Source of the DNA: Cetorhinus maximus
Lineage: Eukaryota
Assembly (NCBI RefSeq): GCF_964194155.1
Contig: NC_135891.1
Span: 119,350,001 to 119,414,000 of the forward strand
Reading direction: 5' to 3'
Length of the DNA: 64,000 nucleotides
The translations under genes and the position numbers were made by a program. A model generated the notes under the pieces. That model saw only the letters and a list, made by a program, of their open reading frames with translations, did no database searches and was not told where the DNA came from. How positions within the stretch are numbered: the stretch's first letter is position 1; every line of letters begins with the position of its first letter. Below, piece after piece: positions 32,901 through 44,900 of this stretch.

Positions 32901-35900
32901 CTGTGAATGAGTACATTCAAGACTGAGATTGATAACTTTTTCGGAAATAAGGGAACCAAGGGATATGGGATAGGGCAGGAAAGTGGAATTGAGGTAGAAG
33001 ATCAGCCATGATATTGAATGATGCAACATACTGAAGGTGACAAATGGCCTACCTAGCTCTTATTTTTTAAGTCTCTTATGTTCTAATTCCAACAGTGGCT
33101 ACAATTCAGAAGTACTTCATTGGCTGTGAAGTATTTTGGGATGCTCCAAAGGCATGAGGGGTGCTATTTAATTACAAGCTTATCTTTTCTTAAACAGCTA
33201 CAAGCCTTACAAACCAGGCAGCATGATAAAATGGTGCTTACCAGAAGGCTGGATTGTCTCGATTGTCCCGAACAGCCATCTCTTCCACGTCTGGACCCCC
33301 GTCAGCGACAAACTTCGCCAGCTTCTCAATCACACTTCGGATCTCCGGGTCCTCTGGGGGTGAAACTTTAAGCAGGCTATCAGTACTTGAGTTCAACTCA
33401 CACACCCAACAGTCAACAGCCAAACAAGGTCTACAAGATTGGATGGGTAAGAGTAGGATACAGGGAGAGCAATGGTTAAATCACACTCAAGTGGTTTAAT
33501 GGAGACAGTGTCCCACACAACTGCACTTAGCTCTCAAACCTCTGGGTGTTAACTGGTTGTTCTTTAGAGTGTTCCAAAAAATTTACGTCACTGAGACAGT
33601 GTAGAGGGAGCTTTGCTCTGTATCTAACCCCGTGCTGTATCTGTCCTGGGAGTGTTTGATGGAAACAGTGTAGTGAGAGCTGTACTCTGCATCTAACCCA
33701 ATGCTGTACCTGCCCTGGGAGTGTTTGAAGAGGACAGTGTAGTGGGAGCTTTACTCTGTATCTAACCCCATGCTGTACCTGTCCACTCTATCTAAGACTA
33801 CATATTAATTCCTCCCCTCCAATACTAATTTTTCCCTCCAACAAAACAATGCGAGGGGCAAGAGTCACTAATAAATCCAGTAAGGAATTCAGCAGAAATC
33901 TCTTTACCAAGAGAGTGAAATTTGCTACCTCAAGAAGTGGTCGAGGCAAATAGCATAGGTGCATTTAAGGGGAAAATAGGAAACTCCTTGTGGGAGAAGG
34001 GATTAGGATATGCTGACATGGTGAGGTGAAGAGGAATGAGAGAAGGGTGAGGAGCATAAACACTTGCACAGACCTCTTGGGCTTACTGGCTTATTTTCAT
34101 TCACAAATTCTAAAACAGGAGAAAATAGTAAAAAGGAGAGTACTAAGAAGAATTCGCAACCTCCTCCCATCGATGGACCATCTGTCCTGCGTCCCTTCCA
34201 TTCTCCACCCATGACCCCCACAAACTCTAAACTGTGAATCACTGTTAGTGTCACATCTTCAAACCTCATTAGCCTGTAGCTGAAAGCTAATCAGATCACT
34301 TATTAGCAAACTGGAAAAAACTTTTGTTTAATTTGTAATTACAAATGCAATCAGGTCAAAATAAAGAACTACTGTCTTAACCAGTGACACTGATCACCAG
34401 TAAGTCAACTGGTTTTCTCTTTTTGTGGACAAACGTGATTTGTGTTCCCTTAATTTAGATAGTTGAGAGGGTGATCTATTTGAGGTTTTCAAAATAATAA
34501 AGGGATTTGAGACGATAGATGTAGATAAACCATTTCCCATGGTGGGGGATTCCAGAACAAGGGGGCATAGTCTTAAAATTGGAGCTCAGCATTTCAGAAG
34601 TGAAATCAGGAAGCATTTTTTCACACAGAGAAATCTAGGACTGTCACCGCTAAAAGGTTGAGAGTCAGCTGAAATAGGAGACTGAGATGAGTAGATTTTT
34701 GTTGGGTCAGTGGTATCAATGGATATGAATTAAAGGTGGGTAAATGGAGTTAAGATGTAGATCAGCAATGATCTAATTGAATGAAGTAACAGGCTCAAGG
34801 GGCTGAATGGACTCCTGTTCCAATTAAAAGTGGGATTTCTCTGGCTGTATCTTGGTACCAACAGGTCAGAAACCTTAGTGAAAAAACTAAGAAAGAGTAG
34901 CGTCTTTGAAGGTGACAGGACAAGAAAGCTGTACAAAAAACATATGAGATCATTGCTTTTATAAATAGATGCACAGAGAATTGATGGACCTTCTGTGTTG
35001 TGCTAGTCTTTGACTCTACAGAACAGAAAAGCAAGGAAGTTATGTTAAGCTTTTGTAATAACGGGTTATGCCTCAAATGGAAGATTGTATCCAATCCTGG
35101 GCACCACACTCTAGTCAAGGCCTTGGAGAGGGTGCAGAGAAGATCTACTAGAATGTTTCCAGAGATGAGTGACTTCAGTTAAGTAGAGGGGCTGGAGGAG
35201 CTGGAGTTTTTCTCTAGAGAAAGTTAAGAGGAGATTTACTAGAGATGTTCAAAATTATGAGGGGTTTTGATCAGAATGAACAGGAGAAACTGTTTTCATT
35301 GGCAGAAGCCAGAGCACCGTAGATTCATGATTAACGGAAGAACCAGAGGTAACATGAGGAAACTTTTTAAAATGCTGTTATGATCTGGAACACAGCCTGT
35401 AAGGGTGTTGGAAGTAGATTCAATGACATCCAAAATAGATTTGGATAAATACTTGCAGGGAAATATTTACAGTGCTATGAGGAAAGAGCAGAGAGAGTGG
35501 GATTAATTGGATAGCTCTTTCAAAGGGTTAACACAGAGATGACGGGCTGAATAGCCCCCTTCTGTACAATTAAATGTTTCCAGCAAAGATTAAAGGCAAA
35601 AAGATGCACTGAACTGATTTTGCCAACATGGTTTCCCCTGTTCCAGAGGGAAGTTAATGCAACTATTAAAGTAACAAACTTGGCTTCAGTGCACAAATAA
35701 AGAGGCACAGTGTATGCATGTTCGTGGGGGAGGGGGTGTGGTTAGAGTTTCATATGGGAGGGGCTATGAGTTTGCATGCATGGGGGCGGGTGTGGATATA
35801 CTCTTTCATAGTTCAATAAACGTAAAAATTTATGCAGGATTACACCGTTCTGAAATCAACATCAGCCCTCCAGACAGAGATAGAACATGGATGCTCTACA

Positions 35901-38900
35901 GAGCTCCAACATTACCCTGAGAATGGTCTTCCACTGTGGATTCAATCTCAGAAGACATGCGTTGGTCAGTGTGCATACTGCAACTAGCTGAGGCAAAGGC
36001 TTTTTTTTAAAAAAAACAACCATCATCCAATTAAGAAAAAAAACTACTAGCTGTATTGGCTGAATTTCAATCCATTTCTGAGAGGTGAAAGGTCAATAGA
36101 ACAACCCGCTTTGGAATGCTCGGCATCATCACTGCCCTCTGAACTTTGTGCAGTTTTAAACCTTTATGCATGGGATAAGTCTTAGACAGAGATTGTCCCC
36201 TTCCGATTCCCCTACCTTTTGGCACTGATGAAGTGGTGGTGGAGGTTGGCACAGGTGGCCTGGACACCGACACCCCAGACAGTTTTTCTCGTTTGATTTC
36301 AGCCACCTTTTTCTTGTAATAAAGAAAAGCTCGGCTATTGCGATCATACAAAAACCTGCAACAAAGGTGGAAATTACGTTTAGCACCTTTCTCTTGACAA
36401 AGAAATCCCAGCTTGTGATCCCCGCAGCGTTATATAGAACGCATACTGCAAGCTTCTTACAGAGGATTTATCCACCCACATTCTTATATGCCCCATGGCC
36501 ATCAGACCAGATAAATCAGCTCCATCAGTCTGCATTTCCCTGACTGTACTACCATCAAGCAGCTCTGGAGAGCATTCAAGGGACCGGATCAGTAAACACT
36601 GGAACCGACACCAAGAGGAGCTGTAAGTACTGGCATCGATGCAGATCCTGCTCCTGTTTTATTTGAGCTGCATTATTGGCTGATGGAGGAGAGAGACGAT
36701 ACTCACGAGAAGGCGGGGTTATCCCTGTTGTTCTGAATGGCGAGCTTTTCGACTTCATGGCCCCCATCTGCTACGTACTTCGCCAACTTCTCAGCGACGC
36801 TCCGAACCTCCGGCTCCTCTGGGGGTGAAACTTTAAGCAGGCTATCAGTACTTGAGTTCAACTCACACACCCAACAGTCAACAGCAAACAAGGTCTACAA
36901 GCATGGTTGGGGGCAAGAGCAGGATACAGGAAAAGGACGGATTTAATGAAATATGAAGCCAATATTGAGAACATTTACAATGTAAAACACTCCATGCTGG
37001 CACTGAATTTGTTAATTAGAGGAGAAGATAAAGTATTCTCCTCCAACCCTTCCAATACACACAAAGGATTGCTTCCCCAATGGCTTAGCGTAGATAAAGT
37101 CAATGCTTGTTCCGTAGTAGGAACATGCAGATTCGAGCTTTCAGGTTCGATTTGCAGGCTATGTGGTTAGCTGCTCTTAACCAGGGTAGCTGAGGTGGTA
37201 GAAATGGCCTCAGAACGTCTAGGCTGGGAAAAAGAAATGTTTCCTCTCTTGATCGCTAATGGCAACCAATGTAGGGAAGAGTAAACGTGCAAAACAAGGA
37301 GAGGATCACGCTCGTCTGTGATGCTCCTAATGGCTCAATGCCTTGCAGGTACTCTATCCAGCACATACATGTCACATGACTGAGATATCAGGGAATGTCT
37401 GTGGGACTGAGCCCTCAGCAAGAGTCAGGAACATCAGGAAAGTGGGCATGAAGGCAAAAGCGGAGAAACATAATGAAACCTACTTGCTCCTAATTTTTGG
37501 GGAATGTTTTGCCAGCACATAGAGGTAGTTGTCTCCTTTCACTACAGAGCTGTTCCTTTGCTATTAGCTCCACTGGCAATTTGCTGGAGAAGTGTACTTT
37601 CCTGACCTAGCCATTGATCAGGGGCATCCAACCCAAAAAAATTCTACATTGGATTTCCATTGGCACAAAACCCATACTGAAACTTTCCCAACTTCCCTTT
37701 GGCACTACATTTATATAGCATCTTTTACGACTTCAGGATATCCCAAAATACTTCCAGGCCAACTGAAGAATTCTGAAGTGTAGCAACTGTGTAATGTAGG
37801 AAATGTGGTAGCCAATTTGGACACAGCAAGCTCCCACAAACAGCAATACAAGGGTGGGATCAGCTGTTTTACTGATGTTGATTGAGGCACGAAAGTTCCA
37901 GGACACTGAGGAGAACTCCTCTCCTCTTCTATGAATAGGTAAATTCTAACCTGTAGGAAGGATTCTTAGTCTTAATCCTTTCTTTCTGAACCTGCGGGAA
38001 TTTGCCATATATGGTCCCTGTAGGGGAGTCCATGTTTAATAATTAGTTTTAGTTTAGCTATGTGCGATTGATTTCCATGATAAAGTGTATTAATCAATTA
38101 ACTCAAAATGCAAGGCACTAGTATCACACTACATGAACCTATCTTTAGGTGCATCCGTCCTTAACAAGTGAAATGTGCCATATAGGCTTAGGCCAAAGTA
38201 AGGTTGCGTCTTATGGTTTTATTACAGGACAAGTGTTGGAGAAAACCCACTAGTACATTTTATGGCTTGATTACAGGGCAAATGTGACGTCACTTGTAGT
38301 CCAATTGTCAAAGCAAAGGCTCTGGGAAGTGGTTAACACTTATGCTGTATTCTTCTCAAAAGCCTATTGTGTGAAGTAAAACAGTTTTAGGTCTCAAGCT
38401 ACAGTTCTAAATTAAATCATTTTAGCTTTCTAACTTAAAGTGCCTTAAAGAGAAACAGTCACTTTCCTTCAAAGTATACAAAGACCTATGCCTTACTGTG
38501 GCTTTAAATGTACTGTAGTAATTTTGTAATTGCTGTATTAGTTTAAGATTGTGTACCTCTTGGACTCTAGTTTTTTTTTATAAGTAACTTGCTTCAGGCA
38601 TCAGCAGTCAATAGGAAGTCACATATAGGAGTCTGAACTTTCCAGAACACCCAAGATGTATCAATTAGGCATTTTAGGGCAATAAGCCTGAAGCATCAAT
38701 CATTAGGAAGTGACACCCTTGTAAATAAGCAGACATACAAATGACCTTGTGGTGCCTCGTTATCTTAATGGAAAGCTATAAACTTAATAAAATAACAGGG
38801 AAAATCTGCAATGAGCAGGATGCTCAGTGACCATCACCCTTAAGAGGTCAATCAGGCACTAATTAGACATCACCTAACCAATAAGGCACTGATCATGCGT

Positions 38901-41900
38901 TGCTTGGATATTGAGAACTCAGAGATACTACTGACCATGCATAGAGGTAGTGAATTAGCAAGAGTTAATAAACAGCAATTTTCAGCAGCTAAGTGCACAG
39001 CAAAAGGAAGAGGAGATAGAAGTTAGACTTCGGTCAACAGAACATTTCAAGACACAATGCTACAGTGGGCCGGAAGTCATGAGCCAGTGTTCCAGAGCAC
39101 ACTGACTGTTCCACTGCCTTTGCTAAGTATTGCATTTTGTACTTACTTCAATTAACTTAATAAATTCTGTGAAATTTGTGACAACATACTCATACACAGA
39201 GTGGTCTGTAGTTAGTCGGAGCTGCAGGTTTCTTTTAGATCAGCTCTCCCAACTCATTTTAACAATTGTAATCAAGGCGTTGTCGAAGCTTTTGTCTTGC
39301 ACTCATCAGGACAATTCGCAGGAATACCAAATGTAAAAGGAACAACAATTTATACTTCATGAGAAGAGAGTGCCAATTGGTTGGCAAGTGGACTCTGATT
39401 GGTAGAGGTGTTGCTGCGGAGAATGCACCAGTTAACTGATGACTGACAGTTAACTGTCAAGCTTTGTTTCAATTCAAACCAGGCAGGTTGACTCTGATTG
39501 GTCAAGGCATTGCCCTGGGGAATGAACCACAGAATGGCTGTCGCCAATTTTGTTAAGTTGAAACAGGCGCAATGTGTGCACGTTCATTTTGTCTGCAAAG
39601 AACAGGGTCCTGTGTATTAATATATGTTCTTCTAGCACTCCTAAGTGTATCACACTTCAAGCCCGACTGATAATCTTAAATTGGTTGTCGTCAGCACACC
39701 AGAGCGAATCTGCCTGGTTTGAAATGAAACAAAGCTTGGCAGTTAACTGTCAGTCATCAGTTCACTGGTGCATTCTCCATGGTAACACCTCTATCAATCA
39801 GAGTCCACTTACCAACCAATCAGCACTCTCAAAGTATAAATTGTTGTTTCCTTTACATTGGGTATTCTTGCGAATTGTCCTGATGTATGCAAGAAAAGCT
39901 CCACATGTGTCTTTTTTCAGCAATACTCAAGTTCTGTACTACCAAATGACAATGTAATTAACTTTAATTGTAAAACTTAAAAGTTGGAATGAACCCCAGG
40001 TCTTACAAAGGTTATAGGTTTGAGCCCCACTCCAGAGACTCAAGCACATAATCAAACTGACATTTCCAGTGTCACACTGATGGAGTGCTGTACTAGTGGA
40101 GGCACCTGCTTCTTGATGAGACATTAAACTGAGGCTTTCTCTGTCCTCTCAGGTGGCGTAAAAGATCCAGAGAAGAGAACAGGAGCTCCCTTGATGACCT
40201 GGCCATTATTTATCACTCAACCAATACCCTAAAACAGATGATTGGTTACCACATTGCTGTTTGTGGGAATGTGGCATGCACAAATTAGCAGCCATGTTAT
40301 CTACATTATAACAGCGACTGTACTTAAAAAAGCCATTAGCTGTAAAGCACTTTGGAAGATAGTGAAAGACACTACATAAACGCAAATCCTTTCCATTTAC
40401 CGACGGCAGTTTTTGCATTCACTCAGGGGAATCTTGTCTGATTTTCTATAGAACATGGTTACTGGCACAGAAACAGCACCAATAACAAATAATCTAATCA
40501 CTGATTAGCTATAATAATAGCCTGCCCTTCCTCCCCAGCTCCCTCTTCTTCTGTAAGTTTTTCTTAGGCTATAATGGAACTGTAGTATGCAAGTCCCCAC
40601 TGTCTTTCCCAGGTGACTGATTTACAGCCAATGAAATCCTCTTGAAGTGCAGTTGGTATATTAATGTAGAAAATGCAGCAGCCAATTTGCATACGATAGG
40701 GTACCAATGTGGAAAAAACATAAGCAATGGAAAGTCTTTGGCACTCTCTTCCTCAAAAGGTGGTGGAAGCAGTCTTTGAATATTTTTGGGGCAGAGCTAG
40801 ACAGATTCTTGATTAACAAGGGGGTGGAAGATTATCGGAGATAGGCAAGAATGTGTGGCTGAGATTATATTCAGATCAGCCATAATCTTATTGAATGGTG
40901 GAGCAGCGTGGAGGGGCCGAGTGGCCTACTCCTGTTCCTAATTCGTATGTTCATAAAACAAGACTGGATAGCAATCAGGTAGGATCCCAGCTGATTCTTT
41001 TTTCTTCTACCGCAGGGAGCCAAGGGACTGGATTCCAGGGCGAGACAGCACCTTCAGACGAAATGGGGGTAAAAGAAATACCCTCTCAGCAAACCTCTCA
41101 GTACAGCAGCAACGGCTAATCACGAAGGCACAGTATCACAGTTTAAGTAATGCTAGTTACCTTTCACTTCTGCCCACTGCTCAAGGTCCTCATCCTCCTC
41201 CTCTTCATCATCTGGTGACTGGAAGACACTGGGGCGGGCTGCGATTGGCGTCTGCTTGGCATGGGTGTAGTTCTTCATCTGACCTAACGTGCTTCCCAAA
41301 GATGCCACTCCCAGGCCAGGGCGTTTCCCGATCAGAATCTGCCTCTTCTGTGCCTGGGTCCCTGAGGGGCTGGAGTTACTGCTGTTGCTTGGTGGCACCC
41401 CTTCAGGGGGAAAAAATAAATCGACGATCAGTGCGTCGAACATTGCAATCAAAGGTGAACTTCCTTAAATCAAAAGCATAAATCAGGAAGTTACGCTGAA
41501 ATGCCAAACATAGGACCCACTGTACCCCTGTCCAAGTTAAGTATCAAAGTGATTAACTTATCAGAATTCCAGGATTAAAATTTTTGGGCCCCACCCACAT
41601 TCTGAAATGGTTGAATACATAGTTAATGGAACATGTTCTAATACTATAGGATATTACAATAACTAATGCATCCTTAATTGATCATCCGTGGCTTTTGACA
41701 CTGCCAGTAAGGAGCAAGTGCAGTTTTCACATTAAGCATAGAGGGTGCAGACAATTGGACCAGACACACAGGCCTTTCTGTCCTTATTTTCATATTTCCA
41801 TTAGAAATTTCTATATTCACATTTATAATCTAAGCTTATCAGATTCTAATTATACCCTTCTGCCAGCAGTAATACTGCAATGCTTCTATATAGGAACAGG

Positions 41901-44900
41901 ATGAGGCCATTCAACCCCTCAAGCCTTTCCCAACATTCGATTAGAACTACTTGGATCTACTTCCTAATCCGTCTATCTGCCTTTGTTCCATAAACCTCAA
42001 TAGCCTTGTCTAACAAAAAATAATCAATCTCAGTTTTGGAGGTCTTGTGGCTCAGTGGGTGGCAGCCTGTGAGCCAGAAGTTCCAGGTTCAAGTCCCAGT
42101 CCAAGACTTGTCGGCCATGGAAGGAGCGTTCATGACAGTTCAACAGGCTGATAATCAATCTGCTAATCCTTCCAACACTTCCCCATTATCCTCAAAGCGA
42201 CAGAAAGAGTGTGTAAAGATATGAAACAAACAATCTCAGTTTTTTAATTTTCAATTGAGCCCCCAGTCTCAACATCCTTTTGGGGAGGGGTTGTGTGGTA
42301 GAGTTCCAGATTTACATTACACTTTGTGTGACGGCGTCTTCTTGGCATCACCCTTGAGCATCCTGGCTCTAAGTTTAAGGTTATACCCCCTTATTCTGGA
42401 CTCCCACCCCCAGAGGAAATAATTTCTCTCTATCAACCATATCAACTCCTCCAATCATAAATACTTCAGTTAGATCACCCCTTAATCTTCTATCTGAAAG
42501 GGAATAAAAGGCAACTGGCAGAACATCATAATTACAAAGCATGGTATCATAGGCAGATTCAATTATATCTGGGGACATGGGAATTTTAATCTGAATACAA
42601 ACTGAAGACTTCTAATATATATATATATTTATATATGGGCTAAAAGGCCTACTCCTGTTCCTATGCTTTTACATTCCCAGCTTTCTGCCTAACTCACCTG
42701 ATGGCACTGAATCAGAGTGCAGCACAGTTTCTGAGAAATCTGCTGCCTTCCAGTATCTCATTCAAGTGGGCATTCATTGTATACGAGACCAGGTCAATGT
42801 ATGAAAAGACTTATTAACCACAAGTTTATAAGTAGGGCATGGGGTAAGAAACTGCAGTGGAGGCCAAACCTGCACATATATTCAGCAGACAGGAGCGGAA
42901 AAAGCCTGTTTGATCCTGATCAAGGGCATTGAGATGAACGGGAATACCCCAGCTACTGGTCCTCCTGAGATCTTCTCTGTACAGCTGACGTCTCTACAGC
43001 AAGTTAAGCCCATCTGGCCTCCACACACTCCTCACCTGTACTTGCTTTCTCCTTCTGCATCTTCAGGAACTGCTGCAGGAAACTCCCATCATTGGCAAAC
43101 TTGTTGGACGTGTTCCTTTGGTCGTTATCTCTATAGAATAATTAGAATGACGGTGAATTCCAGACAAACCAGCAAAAGCAAAGCCAGGCTGAATACCAGT
43201 CACAGAATTCAATAAGACAGCTCTGAAAATATACTTCACACACAACAAATAAAATGTCTGTTCAAAATCAATTCAACCTAACTAGAAAAATCATTAGGAA
43301 TTATGCCCATATTCCCAAATGGAGGATACAATGGGGTAACTGGCTTGTGCAGTGGGTTAAACACAGGCATTGGGTTCAAACTCAAGCTAGTCAATGAGCT
43401 GAACATCTTCTCCCCATGTACCTCAAGGGTTCTTTGTGCAATTAGTTTGGACAGCCTCAGCCTAGTTGTAGTGGAGAAGGGACAATAGAAACAAATAACA
43501 CACCTAATTCAACACTCAGGAGGCTGCCTGATAGGCAGTGTGGGACAGTAGAAAATTTTAAACTTGGTGCAGTGCGAAGCACTTGTGAAGCATGACTGAA
43601 GTGCATTAATGGGACTGTGTAGAGGGAGCTTTACTCTGTATCTAACGCACGCTGTACCTGATGTGGTATCAACTGATGCAGGCACTTGGAACCTGAAATG
43701 AAATCTGTTCCATCTGTACTACTAGCATTCCTCAGCTTAATAAGCTCAAGTTAAAATTGAAGTGAACGGCATACTTGTGAGAAGTAATAATCACCACATA
43801 CTGAGCAGGCGTCACTTGCAGCTTTGTGAAGCTGTCCTTTTTAGCTCTCTCCATTTTGGCTTCGATTTCCTTTTTCTTCTGTGCTATCAGCTCCTCTTGT
43901 TTCATTAGATTCACGTACAATTTATTGGGTCTGTTGGAGGAGCCCAGACGCTCCAGGCTGAAGGATCGCTCACTGCTGGACTTTGTGGCCCCACCAGCCT
44001 TACCTACAATATAAAAAAAATGAAAACACACAAATGGATCAATCCAAGAAACATTTATAAAAGGGAAATGGTAAAGCTAATCCTGCTTGTCAATTAGTTT
44101 TGTACAAAAAATTGTAAATGTATCGCGCATTGAAACAACTGGACACACAGAGTAGTGAAGGTGTAAAGGAACATTTTCTATAAGCATTTTAAAAGTTTCA
44201 ATGAGATCATCTCTCATTCCTTTAAATTCCAGTGATTACTGGACTTAATCTCTACTTTTGGGATAACCCTTTCATCCCAGAGATCAATCTGGTAAACCTT
44301 CATTGCTTCTCCCAACATGGCAAGTCCAGGGACTGTGGATGCTCAGTTAATCAGCATATTCAAGACAGATTGATAAGATTTTTGGGCACTAACAGAATCA
44401 AAGGGTTTGGGGATAGGGAAGGAAAAAGGAGCTGATATAGGAGATAAGCCCTGATCTCACTGAATGGCAGAGTAGGCTCAATGAGCTGTATGGCCTACTC
44501 CTGCTCCTATTTTTATTACTGACACTGGCGATGGTTTATTAAGCAACATTCAGGGTCACTTCATAGATGTGTCTATGTATCAGGTCAATCAGGGACTGTA
44601 AAGGGGGATAAGTTGAAGCAGAGGGCACATGCTTGCAACTGAAGCATTGCTCACCTCAGGAGCAAATGGTGGTTATTCACTTGGGGGGAGACACAGCTCT
44701 GGATGAATACAGGGGTTGGCTGAGGCTGTAGCAGGAATTGAATGAGATGGAGAGAGCGCATAATTAATCAATTTCTCACTCGAGAATGTGGTTTCAGCAC
44801 TCAATGGGCTAAATGCAATCCATCAACGGGTTTGCTGTCCAAATTGAATGTTGTGACCCTTTTATGTGGACAATGATACATCACAGTTTACCAGTGAACT

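Noticed and set aside
33238-36891. Peptide [18 protein letters not shown] in frame upstream of both SURP exons as a coding extension
   Set aside because: The upstream AG enters it out of phase with the phase-1 preceding exons and gives PTCs; the conservation is better explained at RNA level
36831-36940. Conserved element as an intronic snoRNA or miRNA
   Set aside because: No box C (RTGATGA) with terminal stem, no H/ACA double hairpin, no long hairpin; it abuts the acceptor
37952-39264. Possible solo LTR (TG...CA with AATAAA near the end)
   Set aside because: No TSD or terminal inverted repeat identified; cannot be supported without a repeat library
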